Shown piece by piece: positions 9,920 through 20,906 of a DNA stretch of 64,000 nt (within the stretch, counting starts at the first letter, position 1; every line of letters starts with the position of its first letter). The translations under genes and the position numbers were made by a program. A model generated the notes under the pieces. It saw only the letters and a program-made list of their open reading frames with translations, did not search any database and was not told where the DNA came from. Origin of the DNA: an uncultured Nitrospiraceae bacterium (lineage in GTDB: Bacteria > Nitrospirota > UBA9217); assembly GCA_964586075.1 (NCBI GenBank), contig CAZPGZ010000015.1, forward strand, positions 1,805 through 65,804, given 5' to 3'.

Positions 9920-10201
9920 ATCGCAACCTCCTCGTTGTCTACCGCCTGCACCGGCATTTGTGTTTTTGTATCCGGCAACCTCCGGCAGTTTCGTCCGGAA
10001 TTATCTATAATCGTCCGTCGACGCCGTGATGTAACTATATCACAAAGCGCCGCTTCTGCAAGAGTCTGGCATGGTTTTTTTTAGTGGGATAGCTTTGAGT
10101 GGAGTCCCCTCCGGCAGGAGCCGGAAGCTCCCTCGATAGACACGACCTCCCGCCGACGAGCGTCAGGGGATTTCCTGTCGCAGGGATTCATTCCGTAAGA
10201 A

Positions 10202-12853
10202 TCAACTGCCGGAATCGGGCTGGCCGCCCTTGAGTACGGTTTGAAGTGCTTTGCTTAAATCCGTAAGTTTATATGGTTTGGAAATGATGGCGGAAAAACC
10301 GTATTCCCGGTAATTTGCCATTATGGCATCCTGCGAATATCCGCTGGAAACGATTGCTTTAACGCGAGGGTCCGTTTTCAACAACTCTTTTACGGCTTCC
10401 TTCCCTCCCATCCCACCCGGAATGGTCAGGTCCATGATAACAGCATTAAAGGGCCGTGCTGACGCACGTGCTTTTTCATATGTTTCGATGGCTTCGCGTC
10501 CGTCCCTGGCATATCCGACCTCATATCCGAGACTGTCAAGCATTGCTCCTGCAACATCTCTCAACATTGCGTCATCATCCATAATCAGAATTTTTCCATT
10601 TCCATAAACCGGCTCGTCTGCGGCAGGTTTCTCCGCCGATATTTGCTTCGGAGAAGCGGGGAGAAATACCGTAAAGACTGTCCCGGTTCCAACCGTGGAT
10701 TTTACCATAATGTATCCATCATGTTTCTTGATAATAGAATAGGCTATGGCCAATCCAAGCCCGCTTCCACCCTGTTTTGTCGTAAAATACGGATCAAAAA
10801 TCCTTTTCAGCTGGTCCGGCGGGATTCCTGCACCCTGGTCTTCGACGGTTATTTTTAAGTAATTTCCTTCCGGCAGCGGAATGCCTTCTTTTGCACCCAG
10901 TACGGCATTTTTCACGCACACCCGGATAATCCCACCTTCAGGCATTGCCTGGTCTGCATTGAGAACAAGATTGTGAATGACCTGGCTTACCTGTCCTTCA
11001 TCGGCTTCTATCGGCCATAAATCATCCGCCAGGTTCAGTTCACACTTTACATTGGATCCCCGCAATGAAAATATCGCCGACTCCCTTATTATTTCGCTGA
11101 ATGTCGTCGTTTTTTTAACCGGCGCACCTCCGCGGGAAAAGGTGAGCAGCTGGTGCGTCAGGTCCCTTGCCCGCAGAGTCGCATGCTCAGCCATTGCGAG
11201 TTTCGTGTGCAATTCATGGTCCGGCCCCAGAGACAGCTTCGCCATACTGATGTTTCCCAGAATCGAGGTAAGAATATTGTTAAAATCATGCGCGATGCCG
11301 CCGGCAAGAACTCCGATTGATTCAAGATTCTGGTTTTTCTGGATTTCATCCTCCATTTTTTTCCGGTCAGTAATATCGGTCATGACAACCATGATACTGC
11401 TGATCCGGCCCTGCGCGTCGTGCAGCGGTGATGCGGAAGCGCTGATGTTTACCGTGCTGCCGTTTTTTCTTTTCAAAACGAATTCCTCGTCGAAAAAAGA
11501 TTCACCATGCAGCACCCTTTTTTTGAGCAACGGGAATTCTCCCTGGTCCGAATTCTGCAGCCGTGAGTAAAGCCTGCCGAGTATTTCCTCTCTGCTCCAT
11601 CCGAAAATACGCTCCGCCGTTTCATTCCACATCGCAACTCTTCCTTCCGGCCCGAGCGTCATGATTGCGGCAGGCGAAGCCTGCAGGGTGGCATTCAGCC
11701 TGTCATTGGCGTCCCGCAGCGCTTCTTCGGTCTTCTTGAGCGCGGTAATATCTGTTGCCGCACAAACAGCGCCGAGCAGCATCCCGCCGCTGAAGCTGAT
11801 AAGTGAACCTGAAAAAAGCATCGGCACTTTTTCACCGCGCTTGGTGACATATTCAATTTCGACGTTATTGACCAGCTTCCCCCGGAATATGTCTTCGATC
11901 GAACTTTTCACAGCCGAAGGCCGTCCCAATATCAAATCGAACGGCCGTCCGATCAGTTCCTTCTGATCATACCCGAGCAGCCGGCATGCGGACTGATTTG
12001 CCAGCGTGATTGTCCCGTCTGCCGAAATGACAAACAGGGTGTCGATCATGCTGTTGATTATGCTGTCCACATAGTATTTGGAAACGGTCGTTTTTTCCAG
12101 ATTCTCTGCCATCCGGTTAAAGCTGTCCACCAATACCTGCATCTCGCCGGTCGTGGCGGTTCTCACGGGAGTGAAAATGTCTCCCTTTGCAACCCGAGAG
12201 GCTGCCTGCCCGAGATCCACGATCGGATCTATGAGCGTCTTCCCGGACGTAATATACAGCGTTATTCCGACTGCGCATCCGGCAAGAAGACTCAGGAGCA
12301 CCACTAAAAAGATCGTCTTGGCAATCTGTTTGTTAATGACGTGCTTCGACATGCCGACTGTGACTTTGCCCAGGATGGTCGTTCCCAGCGAGATGGGTAC
12401 TGATATTTCCTTGACAGCCGCTTCCTTATTTATGACTTCGATGATATCCGAGACCTCACTGCTTGTTTCCAGTATCGGTAGGACGCTTTTCATTCCCAGC
12501 CATTTGTAGTTGACGCTTTCGCTTTTTGTGGTCAGAATCTTCCCGCCGTTGTCGGTGATAACCGCATAAATAATTTCGTCATCCGGAATCGGTTCAGTAT
12601 AGACGGCATCCATCTGTGTTTTGCCATGCATGACCAGAAGATTCTCGTTCCGGCTTGCGATGTCGGAGGCAAACGTGGACGCCTTCCTCGTCAGGGCGTC
12701 TTCGAGGATTGTCCCTATCGTTATGGCAATGGCCGCACTTAGAACACAAGTGCTCAGCAACAGGACAAGAGATATGTCCCGCAACAATTTATATCGTATA
12801 CTTTTTTTAAAATCGCTTTTAACCATGCATGCTTTTCCCGGACCGGCAGCCAC
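10202..12853 (-). CDS. Hybrid sensor histidine kinase (TM sensor - HAMP - PAS x2 - HisKA - HATPase_c - REC)
   Basis: H-box 'IAHDFNNILTSILGN', G-boxes 'DQGAGI' and 'GGSGLGL', and a C-terminal receiver 'ILIMDDD...DLTIPGGMGG'. 883 aa. Confidence 0.85.
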   Translation of the reverse strand: MAAGPGKACMVKSDFKKSIRYKLLRDISLVLLLSTCVLSAAIAITIGTILEDALTRKASTFASDIASRNENLLVMHGKTQMDAVYTEPIPDDEIIYAVITDNGGKILTTKSESVNYKWLGMKSVLPILETSSEVSDIIEVINKEAAVKEISVPISLGTTILGKVTVGMSKHVINKQIAKTIFLVVLLSLLAGCAVGITLYITSGKTLIDPIVDLGQAASRVAKGDIFTPVRTATTGEMQVLVDSFNRMAENLEKTTVSKYYVDSIINSMIDTLFVISADGTITLANQSACRLLGYDQKELIGRPFDLILGRPSAVKSSIEDIFRGKLVNNVEIEYVTKRGEKVPMLFSGSLISFSGGMLLGAVCAATDITALKKTEEALRDANDRLNATLQASPAAIMTLGPEGRVAMWNETAERIFGWSREEILGRLYSRLQNSDQGEFPLLKKRVLHGESFFDEEFVLKRKNGSTVNISASASPLHDAQGRISSIMVVMTDITDRKKMEDEIQKNQNLESIGVLAGGIAHDFNNILTSILGNISMAKLSLGPDHELHTKLAMAEHATLRARDLTHQLLTFSRGGAPVKKTTTFSEIIRESAIFSLRGSNVKCELNLADDLWPIEADEGQVSQVIHNLVLNADQAMPEGGIIRVCVKNAVLGAKEGIPLPEGNYLKITVEDQGAGIPPDQLKRIFDPYFTTKQGGSGLGLAIAYSIIKKHDGYIMVKSTVGTGTVFTVFLPASPKQISAEKPAADEPVYGNGKILIMDDDAMLRDVAGAMLDSLGYEVGYARDGREAIETYEKARASARPFNAVIMDLTIPGGMGGKEAVKELLKTDPRVKAIVSSGYSQDAIMANYREYGFSAIISKPYKLTDLSKALQTVLKGGQPDSGS

Positions 12854-13143
12854 CAGGGAAAGGTTCAGTTTTTATGTGCCCGTCGTTCGATTGAGCAGCA
12901 TACCCCTTCTGGCAAAACTCCCTCTTTTTACTTGTTGCCCGTTCCCTCATCTGACTGGTCCATAACAGCCTGTTATCTCGTATCTCTTATCGGTTTCCGT
13001 CGCAACAACTTAAGCCGCTTGACGCCTGTACCAGATAGTCCCATAGAAATCCTTTGCTATATCGTGATTGCTGGGTTATTATAACCAGTTGTACGCATGC
13101 CAATAGGGCGTCATCTTTTTTCAAAAAGTGAAGGTTTTCTCAC

Positions 13144-15006
13144 ATGATCCAGGTTACTAATATTGAAAAATCCTACGGCAAACAAGTCCTGTTCGACGGG
13201 GCAAGCTTCACCATAAACCCGCACGAACGCGTCGGACTTGTCGGCAGAAACGGCCATGGAAAATCCACACTCTTCCGCATGATCCTGGGTGAAGAGCATC
13301 AGGATTCCGGCGTGATCACGATCCCTTCGGGATATAGCATCGGTCATCTTTCGCAGCACATCCATTTCACCGAACCCACGGTGCTTCAGGAGGCTTGCCT
13401 CGCCCTGCCGCTCAATGAGGACCATGTGGATGAAACATACAAGGCAGAAGCGATTCTCCATGGACTTGGATTCGGTTCTGATGATTTCACCAAGCCGCCT
13501 TCATCGTTGTCCGGAGGATACCAGGTGCGGTTGAATCTCGCCAAGGTGCTCATCTCGGAGCCGAACCTGCTGCTCCTGGACGAACCGACGAACTACCTCG
13601 ACATCGTTTCAGTCCGCTGGCTCACAAGTTTTTTACGCGCCTGGAGAAACGAACTCATCATCATCACGCATGACCGTGAATTCATGGACGGCGTGACGAA
13701 CCATACGATGATCATCCATCGCTGCAAAATCAGAAAAATAGCGGGCGGCACGCAGAAACTGTACGATCAAATCCTTATGGATGAAGAGATCTACGAAAAA
13801 ACTCGCCAGAATGACGAAAAAAAACGTCGTGAAATCGAACAATTCATCAATCGTTTTCGCGCTCAGGCGACCAAAGCGCGTGCGGTCCAATCCCGCATTA
13901 AGGCACTGGCAAAACACGAACAGCTAGGCAAACTGGAGGAAATCAAAAACCTTGACTTCAAATTCCGCTCGTCGCCCTTCGAAGCGAAGTGGCTGATGAC
14001 TATTGAGGCTCTGGCTTTTTCGTTTTCCCCGGACGCCCAAAAACTCATTGACGGACTGTCTTTTGCAGTCGGAAAGAACGACCGCATCGCTGTCATCGGA
14101 AAAAACGGCAAGGGGAAAACCACTCTTCTGAACCTGCTGGCACAGGAGCTTTCCTCCACCGGCGGAGAAATAAAAACGCACCCCAATACGAAGATTGCCT
14201 ATTTCGGCCAGACCAACATCAACCGACTGGTTCCTTCCCGTACGGCCCTCGACGAGATCATGAACGCGCATCCCGACCACAGCCATAACATCGCGCGTTC
14301 CATCTGCGGTCTCATGATGTTCGAGGGCGACAACGCGCTTAAAAAAGTCAGCGTGCTCTCCGGCGGAGAAAAAAGCCGCGTCCTGCTCGGCAAGCTTCTT
14401 GTGTCTCCGGCCAACCTCCTGCTTCTCGACGAACCGACAAACCACCTTGACATGGAGTCCATTGATTCCCTAATCGAAGCCATCGAGGATTTTGAAGGCG
14501 CAGTCATTATTGTGACACACAGCGAGATGATCCTGGAGGCAGTTGCGACGAAACTGATTGTGTTTGACAACGGTACGGTCAGCCTTTTCGAAGGAACGTA
14601 TTTTGATTTTCTGGAACGGGTGGGATGGCAGGACGAAGGTGGTGTGCGTACCCGGCCTGCAAAGAAAAAAGACGCCGCTCAAAAAACAGCGGACAAAAAG
14701 GATGCAAAAAAAATAAAAACGGCACTCATTGCCGACAAATCAAAAGCGCTCAGCGCACTCAAGAGCAGAACCGCAGCCCTTGAAGCGGAAATTACGGATA
14801 TTGAGCAGCGGGTGGAGCAGGACACCCAGGCATTGCTCGATGCATCGGCAAAAGGTGAAGCTCTTGCAATCAGGCGGTTGTCCCAATCCGTCAGTGACGC
14901 CAAGGCAAAAATCGATGCGCTTTTTGCGGAGCTCGAATCCGTGACAAGTGAGCATGATGCCAAAGCAAAGGAGTTTGATCTCCAGATGCGGGAGCTCGAT
15001 CGGTAA
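13144..15006 (+). CDS. ABC-F family ATPase (Uup-like), two ABC domains plus C-terminal coiled-coil/basic tail
   Basis: Two Walker A motifs ([18 protein letters not shown]), two signature motifs (LSGGYQ, LSGGEK), no TM domain, and a K/A-rich coiled-coil C-terminus. Confidence 0.8.
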   Translation: MIQVTNIEKSYGKQVLFDGASFTINPHERVGLVGRNGHGKSTLFRMILGEEHQDSGVITIPSGYSIGHLSQHIHFTEPTVLQEACLALPLNEDHVDETYKAEAILHGLGFGSDDFTKPPSSLSGGYQVRLNLAKVLISEPNLLLLDEPTNYLDIVSVRWLTSFLRAWRNELIIITHDREFMDGVTNHTMIIHRCKIRKIAGGTQKLYDQILMDEEIYEKTRQNDEKKRREIEQFINRFRAQATKARAVQSRIKALAKHEQLGKLEEIKNLDFKFRSSPFEAKWLMTIEALAFSFSPDAQKLIDGLSFAVGKNDRIAVIGKNGKGKTTLLNLLAQELSSTGGEIKTHPNTKIAYFGQTNINRLVPSRTALDEIMNAHPDHSHNIARSICGLMMFEGDNALKKVSVLSGGEKSRVLLGKLLVSPANLLLLDEPTNHLDMESIDSLIEAIEDFEGAVIIVTHSEMILEAVATKLIVFDNGTVSLFEGTYFDFLERVGWQDEGGVRTRPAKKKDAAQKTADKKDAKKIKTALIADKSKALSALKSRTAALEAEITDIEQRVEQDTQALLDASAKGEALAIRRLSQSVSDAKAKIDALFAELESVTSEHDAKAKEFDLQMRELDR

Positions 15007-15025
15007 TCTGCTTTTTACCGGCGGA

Positions 15026-16684
15026 TCAGACTTTAAACTGCTGGGCGATGGTTTGCAGCCCGGCAGAAAGCGTCGACAGCTCCGCGGACGCGCCTGCGAT
15101 TTGCTCCGCTCCTGAAGACGTCTCTTTCGATGTGGCCGCGACACCGGCAATATCCGATGTAATAGTTTCTGCAACTGTCGACATTTCCTCCGTTGCCGAA
15201 GCGATCTGCTGGACCATTTCCTGCAGCTCGGTGATGCTCTTCGTGATCAGGGCGAGCGCCGAGCCGGCCTCCCGGGACAAACTTACCCCGGACTCTACGC
15301 GCTCGAAACTGCCGTTCATGGCTGCAATAGCCCCTTCAGTCTCGTCCTGTACCGCCTTAATCATGCCGCCGATCTCCGTGGTGGCATGTGCGGACCGTTC
15401 CGCCAGTTTTCGCACTTCATCAGCGACCACGGCGAATCCTCTGCCCTCCTCGCCTGCCCGTGCGGCTTCGATTGCCGCATTCAGCGCCAACAGATTCGTT
15501 TGCTCGGCAATGGACCTGATCACTTCCAGAATTTCCCCAATCTGTTTAGATCGCCCTCCCAAAGAGGTGATGAGCCGGGAACTTTCGGACATGGATTTTG
15601 CAATGTCCTGAACTTCCGCCACGGTTTTTATGACGATCGACTCACCATCCCGCGCTGTCTTCAGCGCTTTTTCTGAAGATGTTGCGATATTTGAGGCATT
15701 TTTCGCTATGTCGACTATGGTCTGGGACATCTCTGTAGTTGACGTCGCTAGCTGTGTCACCCGTGCGGCCTGATCTGCCATTCCCTGAGATATCTGCCGG
15801 GCGTTCGAGCTCAAATCTCCGCTGCCGGATGCAACACGATCCGCGGATGATTGTATATTGCCGACAATTCCCTTTAATTTTCCGACCATGCCGGTCAGCA
15901 TTGCACACAATTGACCTACTTCATCTCTGCATTGTTCCGTGATGGTAACGGTAAGGTCTCCGTTTGCAACGCGTTCTGCCGCACCTGTTGCTGTTTTAAG
16001 TTGTTTTCTGATTCCGAATGTTATCCATCCGGCGAATACGCCCGACAAGACCACGGCGCAGATTGCAAAAATAATGAGCAACAGAATCGCTTTCTTTTCA
16101 GCCTTTTCCGCATCCGCACCGGCCTCCTGCGTCATTTTTACTTCATACTGCGTCAATGCTTCTATGGCAGGCATATAGCGTTCGCGTTGAATTTTCCGGA
16201 CATCAACCAGGCGGAGCTGCTTGGCCGCCTCGATTCTGTTTTCCTTCATCAACTGGATGAACGTTCTCATCGCATCGTCATACTCTTTTTTCGCAGGCAT
16301 GAATGCTTCATACAACTTTCTCCCTTCCGGGGTATCAGCGCCCGCGCTCAGCTTTTCAATATTTGTGTCTATATCCTGCATCGCTTTCCCGATCCGGACA
16401 AGGTCTTTTTGCACCTCCGCCTTGTCGTTCAGCAAAAAAACGCCGAATGAAGACCGGGCAATGATGTTTGTTTTATCAAGGGTGTTGTTCGCGAGCACCG
16501 CACGTGAAAAATGATTGTTCGTAATGTCCTTCAGACAGGTGCCGATATTCCGGTACCCATGGATGCTGATCCCGACAATGGCAAACATTATCAGAATAAC
16601 AAGCCCAAACCCGATAATAAGCCTGGCACAAATTTTTAAATTCTTCATGGGCACTCCTCCGCATTGCCGAACTCTTCTTATCAT
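15026..16684 (-). CDS. Methyl-accepting chemotaxis protein (4HB/TarH-like sensor + HAMP + MA)
   Basis: Highly conserved MCP signalling block '[31 protein letters not shown]', and two TM segments. Confidence 0.85.
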   Translation of the reverse strand: MIRRVRQCGGVPMKNLKICARLIIGFGLVILIMFAIVGISIHGYRNIGTCLKDITNNHFSRAVLANNTLDKTNIIARSSFGVFLLNDKAEVQKDLVRIGKAMQDIDTNIEKLSAGADTPEGRKLYEAFMPAKKEYDDAMRTFIQLMKENRIEAAKQLRLVDVRKIQRERYMPAIEALTQYEVKMTQEAGADAEKAEKKAILLLIIFAICAVVLSGVFAGWITFGIRKQLKTATGAAERVANGDLTVTITEQCRDEVGQLCAMLTGMVGKLKGIVGNIQSSADRVASGSGDLSSNARQISQGMADQAARVTQLATSTTEMSQTIVDIAKNASNIATSSEKALKTARDGESIVIKTVAEVQDIAKSMSESSRLITSLGGRSKQIGEILEVIRSIAEQTNLLALNAAIEAARAGEEGRGFAVVADEVRKLAERSAHATTEIGGMIKAVQDETEGAIAAMNGSFERVESGVSLSREAGSALALITKSITELQEMVQQIASATEEMSTVAETITSDIAGVAATSKETSSGAEQIAGASAELSTLSAGLQTIAQQFKV

Positions 16685-16837
16685 TCGTCCGAACGTCAGA
16701 CACTGTTTTTCTTGTCGGCTCTTTTGTTGAAAACTTTAGCAATTGGAATGCATGTACGCATATAGTAGGGATTTCCCCTGCAAATCGATGTATAGTACCA
16801 TAGCATGAGAGCTTTTTGATTTCAGTCGAAACGAGAA

Positions 16838-16885
16838 GAGAAAAAAAGAAGGTTGCCTGCCCTGCTCTGAAGTCCAAGGGCAGAC
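16838..16885 (-). terminator. Rho-independent terminator downstream of ppnP (minus strand)
   Basis: A 7-bp GC-rich stem CTGCCCT/AGGGCAG, followed on the minus strand by CCTTCTTTTTTTCTC. Confidence 0.5.
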
Positions 16886-16931
16886 AGGAGAAGGACTGTA
16901 TTGCTGAAATTACCTCATCAAAGTTGCATCA

Positions 16932-17246
16932 TCACTTAATGTACGAACAACAGTAGTCTGTCACCACCTTCACTTTGAGTTGAAACTTTGCATCCGACGC
17001 AACTTCAAAGGACTGGCCGTTTTTGATTGTTTTCCAGTTTTTTTCACCGGGCAACAGCACATCAAGCTCTCCTGACATGATTTCCATGAGTTCTTTTTCT
17101 TTCGTACCGAACTCGTATTCTCCCGGAAGCATTATTCCGAGCGTTTTCCGGGAACCGTCGGGGAAAAGTACTGTTCTGCTCACGACCTTGCCGCTAAAAT
17201 AGATGTTTGCTTCCCGCACTATTGAGACATTCCTGAACTCCGACAT
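16932..17246 (-). CDS. ppnP: Pyrimidine/purine nucleoside phosphorylase PpnP (DUF1255/YaiE)
   Basis: 104 aa, starting '[45 protein letters not shown]', a cupin-like fold. Confidence 0.75.
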   Translation of the reverse strand: MSEFRNVSIVREANIYFSGKVVSRTVLFPDGSRKTLGIMLPGEYEFGTKEKELMEIMSGELDVLLPGEKNWKTIKNGQSFEVASDAKFQLKVKVVTDYCCSYIK

Positions 17247-17463
17247 CGTTCCTCCTTATAAAAAAATTATTTGAGTAAAAAACTAAATTAATTATCCCAG
17301 AGACAGTAGCTGGATCTATAAAAAATCCAGATGACTACTGATGTATCGTAGCACAAATGATTTTACAAAACAATCTTGTACTCAAAAGATACTACAAAAA
17401 TCACGCATGCAAAATACGAGTATTTTTAATTGCCAGAAACGTTCTTCCTTGAAAGGATACGGC

Positions 17464-18162
17464 ATGGCGGGAAACATCGGCTACATTCCTGCGCTGATCG
17501 GCGGGAAAGAAGTGCATGTCTCCTCTGTCGGAAAAATACCGTTGAATACTCCCGAAAATGTTTCAAAATGGAAAGGCTGGTGGAAGCTTCTGAACATAGA
17601 CCAGATAGGCGTATTCTATATCGGCGCAATGGCGGGAATGTTACTGCCCGGCATACCCTACGTGGGCGTGATGCCGCCCGGAGTGAGCCTTCCTTCCTGG
17701 GGCATCGCTGTTTCTTCCGGAAGCGGCCTGGTTGCGTCGCTCGGCCAGTTTGGATGGTTCCTTGCGCTCTTCTTCGGCTTCTGGATTCTGTACTCCACCG
17801 CCATCAGCAACGTGGACCTCGTGGTAAGGCAGGGCACGGACATGCTCTGGTTCGCGTCTGATAAAGTCAGAAACCTTGCAAAGAACGACATCAGAAAAGT
17901 CTACTATGTCCTTCTGGGTGCATTTGCCATCTGGGGAATCAGTTATATGAATATAGCGGCACCGCTAATCATTCTGGCAGTCAGCGCCAATGTGGCCAAT
18001 TTTACCATGGCCCTTTCGGCACTTCTGACCCTCAGGCTGAACAGAAAGGTGCTGCCCAAAGAATATAGAGGGAGTCTGTTCAGAGAAGCCATACTGATAT
18101 GTGTTTTTGTGTTTTTCGGTTTTTTCTTCTCCATGTTCGTCATCTACAAACTCCTTACCTAG
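17464..18162 (+). CDS. Polytopic membrane protein of about 230 aa, possibly an Nramp-like half/fragment
   Basis: Five to six hydrophobic helices. 'YVGVMPPGVSLPSW' weakly resembles the Nramp TM6 'MPH' region. The ATG at 17464 has an AAGGAT RBS. Upstream the long ORF track starts at 17341, but that N-terminal extension has no TM or conserved character. Confidence 0.4.
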   Translation: MAGNIGYIPALIGGKEVHVSSVGKIPLNTPENVSKWKGWWKLLNIDQIGVFYIGAMAGMLLPGIPYVGVMPPGVSLPSWGIAVSSGSGLVASLGQFGWFLALFFGFWILYSTAISNVDLVVRQGTDMLWFASDKVRNLAKNDIRKVYYVLLGAFAIWGISYMNIAAPLIILAVSANVANFTMALSALLTLRLNRKVLPKEYRGSLFREAILICVFVFFGFFFSMFVIYKLLT

Positions 18163-18187
18163 CACCACGAAGCGTATAGTCTTTCGT

Positions 18188-18232
18188 CAAAAAATCAACC
18201 CCTCACCTGTTTCCGGGTGAGGGGTTTCATTT
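18188..18232. terminator. Bidirectional rho-independent terminator between the membrane-protein gene (+) and ettA (-)
   Basis: A 9-bp stem CCCCTCACC/GGTGAGGGG, flanked by TTTCATTT on the plus strand and, on the minus strand, TTGATTTTTT. Confidence 0.6.
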
Positions 18233-18307
18233 GGTCACGCAGCGATGGAGCTATTTAAAAAAGGTACATCGACCGAACTGAAGCAACCGCTTCGTTTCTT
18301 TTACGGT

Positions 18308-19990
18308 TTAACGGGTCAAACGGCGATACTTGATCCGGTGCGGCTGATCTGCTTCAGCGCCAAGCCGCGCCCTGCGGTCAGCTTCGTATTCGGAGTAATT
18401 CCCGTCGAAAAAGACCACTTTGCTGTCGCCTTCGAACGCGAGAATGTGTGTGGCGATCCTGTCCAGGAACCACCGGTCATGGCTGATGACCACGGCGCAG
18501 CCCGCGAAGTTTTCGAGCGCCTCCTCAAGGGCGCGCATGGTGTTCACGTCCAGATCGTTTGTCGGCTCGTCCAGAAGCAGCACGTTCGCTTCTTCCTTCA
18601 GCATGCGGGCAAGGTGCACACGGTTCCGTTCGCCGCCGGAAAGCATATCCACCTTCTTTTGCTGGTCCGTGCCTGAAAAGTTGAAGCGGGCGACATAGGC
18701 GCGGGAATTCACGAGCTGTTTGCCGAGCTGCACCTGGTCCTGCCCGTCGGTTATCACCTGCCAGATCGTCTTGTTGGGATCGAGCGCTTCCCTGCTCTGG
18801 TCGACATACGCGAGTTTTACGGTCTCTCCGATTTTGACCGTGCCTGCGTCCGGTTTTTCCCGGCCGGTGATCATACGGAAGAGCGTCGTCTTGCCCGCGC
18901 CGTTCGGACCGATCACGCCGACGATGCCGCCCGGCGGAAGCATGAAACTCATGTTTTCAACCAGGATATTGTCGCCGTAGGCTTTTGTCACATTCTCCGC
19001 TTCGATCACGACCTTTCCGAGCCGCGGTCCCGGTGGAATATAAATCTCCAGCTCTTTCGCGCGTTTTTCTCCCTGCTGGCCGAGCAAAGCTTCGTACGAA
19101 TTAATGCGCGCCTTTGCCTTCGCATGCCTGCCTTTGGGAGACATTCTGATCCATTCAAGTTCCCGCTGGAGGGTCTTCTGACGGTCGCTTTCCGTTTTTT
19201 CCTCCTGCTTCAGGCGCTCCTGCTTCTGTTCAAGCCATGACGAATAATTTCCTTTCCAGGGGATGCCCTGGCCTCGGTCAAGTTCGAGTATCCAGCCTGC
19301 GACATTGTCGAGAAAATACCGGTCGTGCGTTACGGCAATTACCGTGCCTTCGTACTGCTGCAGGTGGTGTTCCAGCCAGGCCACGGACTCCGCATCCAGA
19401 TGGTTTGTGGGTTCATCCAGCAGAAGAATGTCCGGTTTCTGGAGCAGCAGTCGGCAGAGCGCCACGCGCCGCCGCTCTCCGCCGGAAAGGACCTTCACCG
19501 GAGTGTCGCCTGCCGGACACCGCAGCGCGTCCATCGCCAGATCGAGCCTGCTGTCGAGGTCCCAGGCGCCGGCATGATCTATCTTTTCCTGCACCGTTCC
19601 CTGACGTTCGATCAGCTTCTGCATCTCGTCGTCGTTCATAGGTTCGCTGAACTTCGCGGAGATTGCATTGTACTCGTTTACGAGATCCACGATTTCCTGT
19701 ACACCCTGTTCCACGATCTGGCGGACGGTCTTGTCGTTGTCAAGCGCTGGCTCCTGTTCGAGAAAACCGACGGTATATCCGGGAGAAAGCACCGCTTCCC
19801 CCACAAATTCCTTGTCCACGCCCGCCATGATGCGCAGGAGCGAGCTTTTTCCGGAACCGTTCAGGCCCAGCACGCCGATTTTTGCGCCATAAAAATAGGA
19901 AAGATAAATATCCTTCAAAACCGGTTTTTTGTCATAAAACTTGCCCACTCCCACCATGGAGTAGATGATTTTGTTCGGCTCATTTGCCAT
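18308..19990 (-). CDS. ettA: Energy-dependent translational throttle protein EttA (ABC-F)
   Basis: 560 aa, with an N-terminus 'YSMVGVGKFYDKKPVLKDIYLSYFYGAKIGVLGLNGSGKSSLL' close to E. coli EttA/YjjK. There are two ABC domains and no TM region. Confidence 0.85.
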   Translation of the reverse strand: MANEPNKIIYSMVGVGKFYDKKPVLKDIYLSYFYGAKIGVLGLNGSGKSSLLRIMAGVDKEFVGEAVLSPGYTVGFLEQEPALDNDKTVRQIVEQGVQEIVDLVNEYNAISAKFSEPMNDDEMQKLIERQGTVQEKIDHAGAWDLDSRLDLAMDALRCPAGDTPVKVLSGGERRRVALCRLLLQKPDILLLDEPTNHLDAESVAWLEHHLQQYEGTVIAVTHDRYFLDNVAGWILELDRGQGIPWKGNYSSWLEQKQERLKQEEKTESDRQKTLQRELEWIRMSPKGRHAKAKARINSYEALLGQQGEKRAKELEIYIPPGPRLGKVVIEAENVTKAYGDNILVENMSFMLPPGGIVGVIGPNGAGKTTLFRMITGREKPDAGTVKIGETVKLAYVDQSREALDPNKTIWQVITDGQDQVQLGKQLVNSRAYVARFNFSGTDQQKKVDMLSGGERNRVHLARMLKEEANVLLLDEPTNDLDVNTMRALEEALENFAGCAVVISHDRWFLDRIATHILAFEGDSKVVFFDGNYSEYEADRRARLGAEADQPHRIKYRRLTR

Positions 19991-20108
19991 GTATTTTGTG
20001 ATCCTTCCGCATAAAAGTAGGCCTTGTTGTACTCTGATTGCCGCCTTGTGTCAACAGAAAAGAATATCCGTCACGCCCGTAAATCGCGCATCAGCACGGA
20101 TGGATAAA

Positions 20109-20867
20109 TTACTCCGTGTGCATGCGCCCATCATATTTCATACCGCACGCAGGACAAGCGGGATCTTTTCTGGTTTTGAACCTGTGGAAACCTCCCGTCA
20201 CGCCCTCCCATACCAGCAGCTCTCCTCTCAGCGAAGAGCCCTTCCCCGCGATATAGTTGATGGCCTCAAGCGCCTGCAGGGAACCGACTACGCCCGCCGC
20301 GGCACCCAGCACCGGGGAAACTTCGTTCGGCGGCGCCTCAGGAAAAATACAGGACAGACAAGGCGTCTCCGGGGATTGAATGACGGTAAGTCTTCCCTCC
20401 ATTCCCCGAATGCTGCCGAACACAAAAGGGATTTTTTTTCGGATAGAGCATTCATTCAGAAGATAGCGGGTCTCAAAATTGTCCAAACAATCGATGATGA
20501 TATCGGAGTCTTTCACCAGTTCGTCGACATTGTCCCTGATGATTTTTACCGGAAGCGGCGTGATCGTAATCTCGGGGTTGAGGGATTCGAGCGTCTTCTT
20601 CCCGGAGACCGCCTTATTCACACCGATCCGGGTATGGTCATGCAATGTCTGCCGGTTGAGGTTCGAAAGTTCAACGGCGTCATAATCGCAGATCCTGATA
20701 GTCCCCACTCCAGCGGCGGTCAGATACATTGATACCGGCGAACCGAGACCGCCGACCCCGGCTACAAACACCGTGGAGGCCTTGAGCCTGCGCTGTGCGT
20801 CCTCCCCCCAGCCTTCCATGATCATCTGCCTGTTGTATCGTTTTCGCTCTGTCTCAGAAAGTTTCAC
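20109..20867 (-). CDS. ThiF/MoeB/HesA-family E1-like adenylyltransferase
   Basis: 'YNRQM', the nucleotide-binding loop 'VAGVGGLGS', and a C-terminal 'CPACG' zinc motif. 252 aa. Confidence 0.75.
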   Translation of the reverse strand: MKLSETERKRYNRQMIMEGWGEDAQRRLKASTVFVAGVGGLGSPVSMYLTAAGVGTIRICDYDAVELSNLNRQTLHDHTRIGVNKAVSGKKTLESLNPEITITPLPVKIIRDNVDELVKDSDIIIDCLDNFETRYLLNECSIRKKIPFVFGSIRGMEGRLTVIQSPETPCLSCIFPEAPPNEVSPVLGAAAGVVGSLQALEAINYIAGKGSSLRGELLVWEGVTGGFHRFKTRKDPACPACGMKYDGRMHTE

Positions 20868-20906
20868 ACGATTACCTCTCCTGTTCGACTGCCGCGTGGT
20901 AAAAAG

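Noticed and set aside
10977-11570. 197-aa plus-strand ORF inside the hybrid histidine kinase gene
   Set aside because: It is antisense to a strongly supported 883-aa kinase CDS and has a low-complexity S/R-rich translation. This is a typical shadow ORF.
19325-20014. 229-aa plus-strand ORF (and several others at 18245-19892) overlapping ettA
   Set aside because: These are antisense shadow ORFs within a highly conserved ABC-F gene, with no motifs.
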